Assembly: GCA_025357945.1 (NCBI GenBank)
Contig: JANYLJ010000054.1
Location: 136,607-200,606, forward strand
Direction of reading: 5' to 3'
Origin: Gemmatimonadota bacterium
GTDB lineage: Bacteria; Gemmatimonadota; Gemmatimonadetes; Gemmatimonadales; GWC2-71-9
DNA: 64,000 bases
The number at the start of each line of letters is the position of its first letter. Position 1 is the stretch's first letter. Position numbers and translations under genes: made by a program. The notes beneath the pieces are model-generated. The model made no database searches. It saw only the letters and a program-made list of their open reading frames with translations, and was not told the DNA's origin. Positions 9,940-19,230 of the stretch are shown in pieces.

Positions 9940-11337
9940 TTATTGCTCCCGCTCCGAAAGGTTTTCGAATCGGGTGAATTGCTTCTCGAACCGGAGGTTG
10001 ACCTGCCCGGTCGGGCCGTTGCGGTGCTTGGCAAGCAGGATCTCGGCACGTCCGTCGATCGGGTCCCCCTTCTCCTCCGCCTTCTCGCGCAGGTCGCGGT
10101 ACATCTCCGGGCGATGGATGAAGAGGACGATGTCGGCGTCCTGTTCGATGGCGCCAGAATCGCGCAGATCGGACAACATTGGCAGGCGATCGCCGCCACG
10201 TTGCTCCGAGGCGCGCGAGAGTTGCGACAGCGCGATGACGGGAATCTCGAGCTCGCGCGCGAGTTGCTTCAACGAACGCGAGATGTCCGAGATTTCCTGC
10301 ACGCGGTTCTCCGAGTACTCGGGGCTGCGCATGAGTTGGAGATAGTCGACGATCACCAGCCGGACGTCGTTGTCCGCACGCAGGCGCCGTGCTTTCGAAC
10401 GCATCTCGAGGAGCGTGAGCGCCGGGGAGTCGTCGATCCACACCGGACAGTTCTGCAACACACCGGCAGCCGCCGCCAGCTTGGGATAGTCGGTGTCGCG
10501 CACGCGGCCCTGACGCACCGCCTGGGAGTCCACCCGTGCCTCGGCGCAGAGCATGCGCTGCACCAGCGCCTCGGTCGACATTTCCAGCGAGAAAATCGCG
10601 ACGCCGAACTGGTTGTAGGCGGCGTGCGTCGCGATGTTGAGGCAGAATGCGGTCTTGCCCATCGACGGCCGCGCCGCCACGATCACCAGTTCCGAGTTCT
10701 GGAAGCCGGTGGTCAACTTGTCGAGGTCCGCAAAGCCGCTCGGCACGCCGGTGATTGCCGACCCGCTGCGCTGCAGGTCCTCGATGTGCTCCATCGTGGA
10801 CCAGAGCCGCTCCTTGATCCGCACGAAGCCCGACTCACGCCGCTGCTGGCCGATGGTGAAGATCTTCCCTTCGGCGCTGTCGAGCAGCTCGGTTGCCGTC
10901 GACTTGCCGTCGTACGTGGCGGTGATGATCTGCGTCGCCGCCTCGATCAGGTGACGCTGAATCGCCTTGTCGCGGAGAATGCGGGCGTGGAACTCGAGGT
11001 TCGCGGCGGTGGCGACCGCGTTGACCAGCTCGTCCAGATACGGCACGCCGCCGGCGGCCTCGAGATCACCCCGGCGCAACAGCTCGTCGCGCAGCGTGAC
11101 GTAATCGATCACCATCCGGCTTTCGACCAGGCCCCGCAGCGCGCGATACAGGCGCCGGTGTCCCTCGCGATAGAACATCGTGTCATCGACCAGCTCGGCG
11201 GCACGCAACGCCGCGTCGCCGTCGATGATCATCGCACCGAGGACGGCCTGCTCAGCTTCCTGGCTCCAGGGGACACCGCGCCCCTGGAACGGGTCAGGTG
11301 TCGCGGTCAAGGAGCTGTCTGACAATACGGAGGTCAT
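9940..11337 (-). CDS. dnaB: replicative DNA helicase DnaB
   Basis: SQEAEQAVLGAMIID, Walker A AARPSMGKTAF, VIVDYLQLM, ALSQLSRA. ATG at 11335-11337 chosen (MTSVLSD...); the track start at 11397 is also possible. Confidence 0.9.
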   Translation of the reverse strand: MTSVLSDSSLTATPDPFQGRGVPWSQEAEQAVLGAMIIDGDAALRAAELVDDTMFYREGHRRLYRALRGLVESRMVIDYVTLRDELLRRGDLEAAGGVPYLDELVNAVATAANLEFHARILRDKAIQRHLIEAATQIITATYDGKSTATELLDSAEGKIFTIGQQRRESGFVRIKERLWSTMEHIEDLQRSGSAITGVPSGFADLDKLTTGFQNSELVIVAARPSMGKTAFCLNIATHAAYNQFGVAIFSLEMSTEALVQRMLCAEARVDSQAVRQGRVRDTDYPKLAAAAGVLQNCPVWIDDSPALTLLEMRSKARRLRADNDVRLVIVDYLQLMRSPEYSENRVQEISDISRSLKQLARELEIPVIALSQLSRASEQRGGDRLPMLSDLRDSGAIEQDADIVLFIHRPEMYRDLREKAEEKGDPIDGRAEILLAKHRNGPTGQVNLRFEKQFTRFENLSEREQ

Positions 11338-12190
11338 CCCACGCCGGCCGCTTCCAATCTGGGTTACGCAACAATGCTGCGGGGTGATACGTGACAATCA
11401 AGGGAATGCCGTTCCAACTGTGCACCTGCAAGCGTAGCGCACCAAGCGACTTCTTGATACCCAGCATCGCCTCTGCAGCCGTCCCGCCGAGCGCCAGCAA
11501 CACCTTGGGCTGCACCAGCGCAACCTGGCGCCCGAGGTACGGCAGGCATGCCTGGCGCTCGTCGGGCAGCGGCACGCGGTTCTTCGGTGGCCGGCACTTC
11601 ACCACATTGGCGATGAACGCCTCGGCCCGCGGAACCGCAATCGCCTCCAGCATCTTGTTGAGCAGGTCGCCGGCGCGACCAACAAATGGTCGCCCCGACA
11701 AATCCTCGCTCTCACCCGGACCCTCGCCGACGACCATCAGGCGCGCCGACGGGTTCCCTTCCCCGGGGACGGCATGCGTTCGCGTCTCGCAGAGCGGACA
11801 CTTCCGGCACTCGCGCACGATCGCGGCGATCTCGTCCAGGGACGCCCAGGCGGGCATCTCGGCGGACCTGGGCGACACGATCGTCAGGCCCGGACCCGGA
11901 ATCGGTGGCGGACCTTGACGCGCCGCCGCGGCGGGTCGGTCTGGCGCGGCTTCGGTCGCCGCCGCTGCGACTGCCGCGGCAGGCCGACCTGCGGCAGTGG
12001 CGCGGGCGACTTGCGCCGATAAACCGATGCCAGACCTTGGCGCGACCGGTGCGACCGGTGCGACCGGTGCGACTGTTTCGGCCCGCGGAGCCGGATCGCT
12101 CGCTCGGAGCGCCGCCCGAACGTCGACCGGCGCGTCAAAGATCACCTCGTCGCCGCCGAGGTCCTGTTGCAGCTCGAGGTAGTGCCGCAT
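11294..12190 (-). CDS. family-4 uracil-DNA glycosylase with long Ala/Pro-rich N-terminal extension
   Basis: CRKCPLCETRTHAVPGEGNPSARLMVVGEGPGESED ... YHPAALLRNP. Trimmed to ATG 12188-12190 (MRHYLELQQDLGG), 5 nt after the coaBC stop. Confidence 0.85.
   Translation of the reverse strand: MRHYLELQQDLGGDEVIFDAPVDVRAALRASDPAPRAETVAPVAPVAPVAPRSGIGLSAQVARATAAGRPAAAVAAAATEAAPDRPAAAARQGPPPIPGPGLTIVSPRSAEMPAWASLDEIAAIVRECRKCPLCETRTHAVPGEGNPSARLMVVGEGPGESEDLSGRPFVGRAGDLLNKMLEAIAVPRAEAFIANVVKCRPPKNRVPLPDERQACLPYLGRQVALVQPKVLLALGGTAAEAMLGIKKSLGALRLQVHSWNGIPLIVTYHPAALLRNPDWKRPAWDDLRIVRQLLDRDT
12042..12073. repeat. in-frame 9-bp tandem repeat (gcgaccggt x ~3.6) inside the UDG gene
   Basis: Read directly: gcgaccggt gcgaccggt gcgaccggt gcgac. 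Encodes APVAPVAPVAP on the minus strand. Confidence 0.9.
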
Positions 12191-12194
12191 CGCG

Positions 12195-13388
12195 TCACTC
12201 ACGGTACTTCTCGATCGCATCGAGGATTGCCTCTGCCACCGCCGCCTTGCTGCGCAGCGGCACCCGCTCGGCACGCCCCCGCCGATCGAGAATCGTCACC
12301 GCGTTGGTGTCGACGTCGAACCCCGCACCCGGCTCCAACGCGTCGTTGACGACGATCATGTCCAGCTGCTTTCGCTGCAGCTTGTCGCGCCCTTTCTCGA
12401 TCGCGTTGCCGGTTTCCAGCGCAAACCCCACCGCAATCAGGTCGGCCGGACGATCGGCCGCCGTGGCCAGCAGGATGTCCTCCGTGGCGCCAAGTTCGAG
12501 TGCGAACCCGCCATCGCTCCGCGGCAACTTGTCGGCGCGGGGTCTAAGCGGGCGATAATCCGCCGGCGCCGCCGCCATGATCAGCACGTCGCTGCCGGCG
12601 AGTGATTCCCGCACCGCGCTCACCATTTGCGCGGTCGTCTCGACCCGCACGATGTCGACGCCGACGGGCGCGAGCTCACTTGACGGCCCGCTGATCAACG
12701 TCACGCTCGCGCCACGTTGCCACGCGGCCTCGGCGAGACGATAACCCATTTTCCCGCTCGACCGATTGGTGAGCACTCGCACCGGATCGATCGACTCGCG
12801 AGTCGGCCCCGCGGTCACCACGATGCGCCGTCCAGCGAGCGCACTCGGCGCGTGAAGCAGGCGCGCCGCATGCGCCAGGATCTCCTCGACTTCTGCCATC
12901 CGTCCCGGACGCTCCGAGGGACCTTCGGCGAGCTCGCCGACCGCCGGACCGACGCTGCGCCAGCCGCGGGAGCCGAGGCGTCGGAGGTTCGACTGGGTGG
13001 CCGGGTTGGCGAACATCGCATCGTTCATGGCGGGAGCGATCAGGATCGGCGCGGTGCTCGCGAGCACGATCGACGTCAACAGGTCGTCGGCGATCCCGGC
13101 CGCCGCCCGTGCCAGGAAGTGCGCGGTGGCCGGCGCGACGATGATCAGGTCCGCATGCTGGCCGAGTACCACATGGTCAAGCGCCCCGTTCCGCTCCCAC
13201 AGCGAAGAGCGAACGGGGCGACGGGTCATCGCTTCGAACGTTACGGCGCCGACGAACTCGGCGGCACCGCGGGACATCACGACATCGACCTGCGCGCCGC
13301 GGCGAGCGAGGTCGCGCGCCAGCAGGACACACTTGTAGGCCGCGATCCCCCCGGTCACCCCGAGGACGACACGCCGGCCCTGCCACAT
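12195..13388 (-). CDS. coaBC: bifunctional phosphopantothenoylcysteine decarboxylase / phosphopantothenate-cysteine ligase
   Basis: Flavoprotein N-domain VVLGVTGGIAAYK. CoaB domain TAGPTRESIDPVRVLTNRSSGKMGY. Confidence 0.9.
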   Translation of the reverse strand: MWQGRRVVLGVTGGIAAYKCVLLARDLARRGAQVDVVMSRGAAEFVGAVTFEAMTRRPVRSSLWERNGALDHVVLGQHADLIIVAPATAHFLARAAAGIADDLLTSIVLASTAPILIAPAMNDAMFANPATQSNLRRLGSRGWRSVGPAVGELAEGPSERPGRMAEVEEILAHAARLLHAPSALAGRRIVVTAGPTRESIDPVRVLTNRSSGKMGYRLAEAAWQRGASVTLISGPSSELAPVGVDIVRVETTAQMVSAVRESLAGSDVLIMAAAPADYRPLRPRADKLPRSDGGFALELGATEDILLATAADRPADLIAVGFALETGNAIEKGRDKLQRKQLDMIVVNDALEPGAGFDVDTNAVTILDRRGRAERVPLRSKAAVAEAILDAIEKYRE

Positions 13389-13389
13389 A

Positions 13390-13617
13390 TCAGGCCTCGG
13401 TGCGACGCCGGCGCAGCTCGCGGAACGTCAATTCGCCGCTCGTGAGCTTCTGCAGTGCGAGCGTGGTCAGCTTCTTCACGCCCTCGGTCTTCTGCCACCC
13501 AGCGACTGCCTCGGGCGGGAACTCGTTGAGGTAACGGGCGAACTTTGCGGCTACCAGCACGCCCCGGTATTTGGAACCGGTCTCGCGCGCGACTTCCTGC
13601 GGGGTAAAGATTTCCAT
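13390..13617 (-). CDS. rpoZ: DNA-directed RNA polymerase subunit omega
   Basis: 75 aa with GSKYRGVLVAAKFARYLN core. Sits in the classic gmk-rpoZ position. Confidence 0.75.
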   Translation of the reverse strand: MEIFTPQEVARETGSKYRGVLVAAKFARYLNEFPPEAVAGWQKTEGVKKLTTLALQKLTSGELTFRELRRRRTEA

Positions 13618-13631
13618 CTACTTCTCCTGGG

Positions 13632-14279
13632 TCATTTCGCGGGGGACGCGCGGAGCAATTCCGCGGCGACCTCAGCTCGAAGTCGGTCGAGCACGACGGC
13701 AAAATCGCGCTGCCGACTGGTTCGCCGTGACTCCGCATCGAGGATGGCGTTCACGGCCGCGACCGCCATCCCGACTTCGTCATTCACCACCACGTAGTCA
13801 TACTCAACCGCCGCGCCCAGTTCGTCGATCGCCTGCTGCAACCGTCCGGCGATGACTCCCGCCGCCTCGGTCCGGCGGCCGCGCAGTCGCTCGGCGAGCA
13901 CCGCCCCGCTGGGTGGCACGATGAACACAAGTACCGCGTCAGGAAACCGTGCCCGGACCTGTCGCGCACCGACCACTTCAATGTCGAGCAACACGTGCTG
14001 GCCGCCGTGCATCACCCGCACCAGTTCGCTCGTCAACGTCCCGTACCGATGCCCGTTGTACACGGCGTGTTCCGCGAAGTCGCCGGCCTGAACCCGACGT
14101 TCGAACTCGTCGGGGGCGAGAAAGTAGTACGCCACGCCGTTCTGCTCACCCGGTCGGGCTGCCCGCGTCGTCGCAGAGATCGAGTACCCGCAATCGGCGC
14201 GTTGCGCGACGAGGCGTTGCGTGATGCTCGTCTTACCACCACCGGACGGCGACGAGAGCACCACCACCATCGGCGTCAC
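13632..14279 (-). CDS. gmk: guanylate kinase
   Basis: P-loop LSSPSGGGKTS and SISATTRAARPGEQNGVAYYF. GTG start overlaps the yicC stop (GTGA); ATG at 14268-14270 is an alternative. Confidence 0.9.
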   Translation of the reverse strand: MTPMVVVLSSPSGGGKTSITQRLVAQRADCGYSISATTRAARPGEQNGVAYYFLAPDEFERRVQAGDFAEHAVYNGHRYGTLTSELVRVMHGGQHVLLDIEVVGARQVRARFPDAVLVFIVPPSGAVLAERLRGRRTEAAGVIAGRLQQAIDELGAAVEYDYVVVNDEVGMAVAAVNAILDAESRRTSRQRDFAVVLDRLRAEVAAELLRASPAK

Positions 14280-15133
14280 TCGAGGTTCTCCAGCTGCTCC
14301 CGCACCTTTTCGAGCTCGCCTTTCATCGCCACCACCTCGTGTGCGATCAGTGCGTCGTTCGCCTTGGCGCCCATCGTGTTCACCTCGCGACCCAGTTCCT
14401 GCGCCAGAAAACCGAGCTGCTTACCCACCGGTTGGTCGCGCTCGAGCGCTTCCCGCGCCGCCACCACATGCGCCCGAAACCGCACCAACTCCTCGGTGAT
14501 GTCGAGTCGGTCAGCTGCGATCGCGAGCTCCGCGGCCACCCGAGCCTCGTCGATACTGTAACCGTCAAGCAACTGCCGGACGTTCGCCGCCAGCCGATCG
14601 CGCTCCCGCACCAATCGCAGCGGCGCCTGCCCGGCAATCCGCGCTGCCCCGCGTTCCAGTTCCTGCAACCGTTCGCCCAGTTCGACGGCGAGTGCGGCGC
14701 CTTCGCGCTTCCGGGCGGCCCGACACTCCGCCGCCGCGCCGGCCACCACCGGCGCCAGCGCGCTCCACGGCACGGCCTGCTCGTCGTCGCGCCGCAGCCC
14801 GAATACGTCCGCCTGCCGGGCGACCAGCTCGACCGTCACCTCGCCGCCGAGCCCGAACCGCTCCTGCAACCCGCGGAGCGCCGCGACGACCGCCTCGGCC
14901 CGCTCGGTGTCGATCGCTGCCGTCGCCGGCGCGGCGTCAATCCAGCGGACCTGCACGTTGACATGCCCGCGCTCGAATTCCCGGCGCAGCGCGTCCCGAA
15001 GCTCGGTTTCGGCACCTGCCAGCTCGAGCGGGAGTCGGGTGGCCAAGTTGAAAAACCGGTGGTTCACCGTCCGGATCTCAACCCGGGCCCGCCGCCCGGC
15101 CACATCGCCCTCCGCCGCCCCAAACCCGGTCAT
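14276..15133 (-). CDS. yicC: YicC-family stress-induced protein
   Basis: Trimmed to ATG 15131-15133. MTGFGAAEG...VEIRTVNHRFFNL, and C-terminal NTMGAKAND...VAMKGELEKVREQLENLE. Confidence 0.85.
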   Translation of the reverse strand: MTGFGAAEGDVAGRRARVEIRTVNHRFFNLATRLPLELAGAETELRDALRREFERGHVNVQVRWIDAAPATAAIDTERAEAVVAALRGLQERFGLGGEVTVELVARQADVFGLRRDDEQAVPWSALAPVVAGAAAECRAARKREGAALAVELGERLQELERGAARIAGQAPLRLVRERDRLAANVRQLLDGYSIDEARVAAELAIAADRLDITEELVRFRAHVVAAREALERDQPVGKQLGFLAQELGREVNTMGAKANDALIAHEVVAMKGELEKVREQLENLE

Positions 15134-15194
15134 GCTTAGCGCCACGGCCGCGGCTCCGGAAGTGAGCAAGCCCGGAAAGATAGCCGCCCAGGCA

Positions 15195-17024
15195 TCAGTT
15201 GGAGAACTCCCACCGAATACCGAAGGTGCTCCCCACCGGCTGGATGCGGTAGCGCGGAACGTAGCCGGTCCTGGTGGCCTGGAGATTGACCTTGTCGTAG
15301 TACAAAATGAACGGCCCGATCTGCATCTGGATGATGGCGCGAAAGAAGGTTGCCGCCGGAAGCGGGATGGCCGCACCCAGGGCATCGCGCCCGCCGATCC
15401 CGTCGCCCCACTTCTCCAGGACCGCCTGCAGCTTGAGGTCGAAGATTCCGCTGGGGAAGTTTCGCAGGAACCGTGACCGGATCGTCGCGGTGGCGAGCAT
15501 GTGCTGCGGTGGCGACGCGTCCGGCGATCCGCCGGAGACCGGGTTCTGGTAGACCGCTTCGAGGGTCAAGAACCCCACTGGCGCGACCCGGGCATGTCCG
15601 GTCACCCATCCCGTCCGCGCCAGTGGCGCCAGGCTCGTAATCGCGACAAACTCAGGATACGCCTGCGGACGCCACCCTTCGTCGCTGGCGTACCCGGCGT
15701 CAATGCTCAGCGGTTTCGATGCGAACCCCGCGGTCACCTGGGCGTCGGTAAACTGCTGCGCGACGTCGTCCCTGAGCGACGGCGCCTGCACTCGGCGTCC
15801 GTCGCTGACCGTGCCACCGAGGCGGAACCCATACGGCAGCTTGACGCCGACGCGCGCCGTCGCCCACTGGCTCTGGCGGTCGCCGTCGTGCCGCTGGACG
15901 ACCAGTTGCAGCGAACCATTGACTCGGTCGGTCGGTGCCCACCCCAGGTCGAGGCGGCTGTCGAGCGATGTCCGCCGGGTGTAGTGCCAGGCGCTCAGCT
16001 GCGCCGACCACGTGGGTCGGCGCAACGCACCGACGGCGCCAAATTCGCCGATTCCCTGGTGTCCCGGCGCCGAGTCACTCGCCCACGCGGTGTGGGCGGC
16101 GAACAGGTCGAGGCTCCGGCCGAGCCCGTCGGCGCGCTGGCGCCACGCCGCCCGCAGCTGCACGTCGGTGCGGCTCCCCTTCACCTGCCGACTCAACGTG
16201 TCGTGCGTCACGTCATCCAGCAGCAGATTCCTGGTGATCACGTTGGTCATCAACTGCGCCTGGATGCCGAAGCGCGCCGACGGGACGTACCCGAGCTGGA
16301 ACCACCCGCTCGGAATATTGTTGCCGCCGGTGGCGCCCGTCGGCGGATTGACGCCGACGTAGTCCGCGCCGATGCTGAGGCCGATGCCGCTGCTGTATCG
16401 CCGCTCGAACATCGCCAGGTAGCGCGACGCGCCGCGATCGCCCTGCGAGGCGCCGATCTTGGTGCGCGGCGCCGCGCGATCGTGACGACGCGTGAACAGG
16501 AAGACGCGCATCAGGCCGGGCGACGTTTCGACTTCCACCCGGTCGAGAAAGCCGAGCGGCCACGGCGAGGGATCGACGGCGACGGAATCGACACCGAGCG
16601 CGAGCATCGGCACGCAATCCAGCTCGTAGGACACCGATGACGCGCCGTGACCGAAGACATTGGGCAGCTCGGGACTGCCGATCCAGTCGCTGCGCTCGAG
16701 GAACACGCCGGCGACGCGCTGCAGCAGCTCGCCGACCGATTGCGCCGGCGCCCAATCAATGGAATCGCGAGTGAAAATGGTGCGCGTGCTCGCCGGCTGC
16801 AGCGGCGCAACGCCGCAGAGCGGCAGCGGCTGCAACTGGATCCGCTGGTCCTGCTGCGCCTTGAGAAGCCGATCCGTGGTGGAGATCGTGTCCGGCTTCG
16901 GACGAAGCGAGTCGGCCTTGAGGCTGTCGGGCGGACGAACCGGAATCGGGTCCTGCGCGTGCAGCGGACCGGCGGTACCCAGGGCCAGCGCAGCGACCAC
17001 CGCGACCACAATCGGTGCGCGCAC
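15195..17024 (-). CDS. putative outer-membrane beta-barrel protein with TonB-dependent-receptor plug-like N-terminal region
   Basis: GTG at 17022-17024 gives a clean signal peptide (M)RAPIVVAVVAALALGTAGPLHA/QDP. Plug-like SVGELLQRVAGVFLER...FGHGASSVSYELDCVPM. Alternating beta-strand-like C-terminus ending FGIRWEFSN. Function not established. Confidence 0.5.
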   Translation of the reverse strand: MRAPIVVAVVAALALGTAGPLHAQDPIPVRPPDSLKADSLRPKPDTISTTDRLLKAQQDQRIQLQPLPLCGVAPLQPASTRTIFTRDSIDWAPAQSVGELLQRVAGVFLERSDWIGSPELPNVFGHGASSVSYELDCVPMLALGVDSVAVDPSPWPLGFLDRVEVETSPGLMRVFLFTRRHDRAAPRTKIGASQGDRGASRYLAMFERRYSSGIGLSIGADYVGVNPPTGATGGNNIPSGWFQLGYVPSARFGIQAQLMTNVITRNLLLDDVTHDTLSRQVKGSRTDVQLRAAWRQRADGLGRSLDLFAAHTAWASDSAPGHQGIGEFGAVGALRRPTWSAQLSAWHYTRRTSLDSRLDLGWAPTDRVNGSLQLVVQRHDGDRQSQWATARVGVKLPYGFRLGGTVSDGRRVQAPSLRDDVAQQFTDAQVTAGFASKPLSIDAGYASDEGWRPQAYPEFVAITSLAPLARTGWVTGHARVAPVGFLTLEAVYQNPVSGGSPDASPPQHMLATATIRSRFLRNFPSGIFDLKLQAVLEKWGDGIGGRDALGAAIPLPAATFFRAIIQMQIGPFILYYDKVNLQATRTGYVPRYRIQPVGSTFGIRWEFSN

Positions 17025-17032
17025 CGTGCTGA

Positions 17033-18517
17033 TCAGGCGCGCGCGAGCAGGTATTCGGTGAATAGCCGCACCATCACGCCGGTGGGGCCCTTCACCTGAG
17101 TCGGCGACTCGCGATCGGTGTACGCCGTGCCGGCGATGTCGACGTGCGCCCACGGATATCCTTCGGCGAACTCCCGGAGGAACCACCCGGCCGTAATGCT
17201 CCCGGCCGCGCGACCACCCGAATTCTTCATGTCGGCGATTTCCGACTTGATCAATTCGCGGTAGTCATCCCACAGCGGCAACTCCCACACCCGCTCATCG
17301 GCGGCTTCACCCGCCTCACGCACGGCGTCCAGCAATGCCCGGTCCGTCCCCATGAGGCCGCTGGCCGTGTGCCCCAAGGCGATGACGATGGCACCGGTCA
17401 GCGTGGCGCAGTCAATCACGGCGGCCGGCGAATACTGGCGCGCCCACGACAGTGCATCGCCGAGAAGCAACCGTCCCTCGGCGTCGGTATTGACCACTTC
17501 GATGGTCTTGCCAAGATGCGAACTGACCACGTCGCCCGGCCGGTAGGCCGTGCTCGACGGCATGTTTTCGCACGACGGGATGAGGCCGATCACGTGCTGC
17601 GTTGGCTTCAGGAGACCGATCGTCTCGAACGCACCGAGCACCGCGGCCGCACCGGACATGTCGTACTTCATGTCCTCCATGTTCTGCGGTGGCTTGATCG
17701 AGATACCGCCGGTGTCGAACGTCACGCCCTTGCCGACCAGCACGACCGGCGCCGCCTTGCTGCCGCGGTGCTCGAGGATGATGAACCGCGGCTCGACCGC
17801 GCTTCCCTTCGCCACCGCGAGCAACGCGTGCATCCCCGCCTTGGTGATCGCCGCCTTGTCCATCACCGTGATGGTGAAGCCGTGGCGCTCTGCCAGCTCG
17901 CGGGCGCGTTCCCCGAGGTACTCCGGCGTGCAGGTGTTCCCCGGCAGCACTTGTAGCCCGCGCGTGAGCGTCTGGCCCGCCGCGACAGCATTGCCGCGGG
18001 TGAGCCCAGCCGCGAAGTCGGCACTGGCGTCGGCCGTGATCAGTTCGCACTGCGTGAAGTCCGGCTTTGGCGATTCCGGCGGTCGCTTCAGATCGGGGTA
18101 GTGCCAGGCACCGAACGGAACACCTTCCGCCAGCGCCTGGCCGGCCCGGCCCGCCGCGACCTTCGGAGCGGCACTGCTGGTGAAGAGCAACGACGCCGTG
18201 GGCGCGCCGAGGGTCCGGGCCTTCTTGCCACCGATCATCGCGGCGCGCCGAAGGGCGGCGGCGGTGACCTGCTCCGCCTCGCCCATGCCGACGAGTAACA
18301 CCCGCTCCGGTCCGCCGGGATCGGGGTACACCAGCGCGGTGTCGTCCTTGGCGCCGGTGAAGTCGCCGGACGCCAGACAGCGTGCCAGCGCGCCACCACA
18401 GGCCTGATCGAAGGCGGCGAGACTATCCGCGAGCGGACCCTGGGCGACAGGAAGAATGACGAGCGGGCCTTTGAGCGCGGCGGCGGCGGCGACGCGGTGC
18501 GTTACAACGAGTGGCAT
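17033..18517 (-). CDS. pepA: leucyl aminopeptidase (M17)
   Basis: VGKGVTFDTGGISIKP, NTDAEGRLLLGDAL. Confidence 0.95.
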   Translation of the reverse strand: MPLVVTHRVAAAAALKGPLVILPVAQGPLADSLAAFDQACGGALARCLASGDFTGAKDDTALVYPDPGGPERVLLVGMGEAEQVTAAALRRAAMIGGKKARTLGAPTASLLFTSSAAPKVAAGRAGQALAEGVPFGAWHYPDLKRPPESPKPDFTQCELITADASADFAAGLTRGNAVAAGQTLTRGLQVLPGNTCTPEYLGERARELAERHGFTITVMDKAAITKAGMHALLAVAKGSAVEPRFIILEHRGSKAAPVVLVGKGVTFDTGGISIKPPQNMEDMKYDMSGAAAVLGAFETIGLLKPTQHVIGLIPSCENMPSSTAYRPGDVVSSHLGKTIEVVNTDAEGRLLLGDALSWARQYSPAAVIDCATLTGAIVIALGHTASGLMGTDRALLDAVREAGEAADERVWELPLWDDYRELIKSEIADMKNSGGRAAGSITAGWFLREFAEGYPWAHVDIAGTAYTDRESPTQVKGPTGVMVRLFTEYLLARA

Positions 18518-18601
18518 GAAACTCCCCGGTGAATCGTCAAAATAAACCGGCCGGGGTCATCAGCAGGCGGCGAGGCGCGCCGCAACAAGGCGAGACATGA
18601 A

Positions 18602-18684
18602 TGCCCAAGGTGGGAATCGAACCCACAATCCCTTGCGAGAAGCGGATTTTGAGTCCGCCGCGTATACCGTTCCGCCACTTGGGC
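18602..18684 (-). tRNA. tRNA-Leu (anticodon CAA), no encoded CCA
   Basis: Minus-strand read GCCCAAGTGGCGGAACGGTATACGCGGCGGACTCAAAATCCGCTTCTCGCAAGGGATTGTGGGTTCGATTCCCACCTTGGGCA. 7-bp acceptor stem GCCCAAG/CTTGGGC. Anticodon stem GCGGA/TCCGC with loop CTCAAAA. Long variable arm. T-arm GTGGG-TTCGATT-CCCAC. Confidence 0.9.
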
Positions 18685-18735
18685 CAAGCCGAACCAAAAA
18701 GGCCCGTGACGGTCCGCTCGTCAAGGCTTCCGGGT

Positions 18736-19230
18736 CTAGTCTGGTTGCCGGAGGGACCCGGCACCCGGACGCTGCTGCTGGAGGTCACGTATCCGCTGGA
18801 GCAACCGGTCACGGGCAACCTGGAACTGGCCGCGCTGCACCGGTGTGAGGATCGGCGTGAGCTCGCGCATCTCGTCGCGAAAACTATTGGCGTAGTCGAC
18901 CCGATTGTCGTTCAAGGCGTCCACGAACTTGGACACACTGTCCGGATTCGCCGCGACCCCCGGGCGGAGTTCGCTCGCGAGTGCTTGACGCAGGCGCCGT
19001 TCCTCCGCCGCCAACGTGGCGCGCTTCTGGGCCCACGTCGATACCAACCGTTGGAAGCGCGTAACCTGGTCGCCGGACAACGCCATCTCGCGCGTTACCT
19101 GATTCATGAACATGACGTCAATATCCCGCACCAACGCGGCACGTGGACGTGAGCCCTGCTGCGCGCTCATCGGCGCGATAGCGAGCAGCGAGCCAGCCAG
19201 CACCAGGCCGACCCTCAAAGCATGCGTCAT
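18736..19230 (-). CDS. periplasmic Spy/CpxP-like (LTXXQ-motif) protein
   Basis: Signal peptide MTHALRVGLVLAGSLLAIAPMSAQQ. Two LxxxQ motifs (LSGDQVTRF, LTPVQRGQF). ATGA overlap with the anti-sigma gene. Confidence 0.6.
   Translation of the reverse strand: MTHALRVGLVLAGSLLAIAPMSAQQGSRPRAALVRDIDVMFMNQVTREMALSGDQVTRFQRLVSTWAQKRATLAAEERRLRQALASELRPGVAANPDSVSKFVDALNDNRVDYANSFRDEMRELTPILTPVQRGQFQVARDRLLQRIRDLQQQRPGAGSLRQPD

Noticed and set aside
9244-11322. 692-aa plus-strand ORF, the second-longest in the track
   Set aside because: It is antisense to the unmistakable radA and dnaB genes. Its composition is Arg/Ala/Pro/Ser-rich with no recognisable motif. This is the typical mirror ORF of high-GC DNA, where stop codons are rare in antisense frames.
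12042-12073. CRISPR-like or satellite repeats (also 23361-23385)
   Set aside because: The units are only 9 bp, contiguous with no spacers, in frame and inside well-supported genes (UDG, rng). They are coding tandem repeats, not CRISPR arrays.
18518-18601. Terminator or promoter elements between tRNA-Leu and pepA, and a TTGACG box upstream of the tRNA (18685-18735)
   Set aside because: Short GC stems exist (GCGGCG-N5-CGCCGC; CCCCGG...CCGGGG). However, the U-tract is about 20 nt away from the stem, and the candidate -10 for the tRNA promoter is poor. The support is insufficient.
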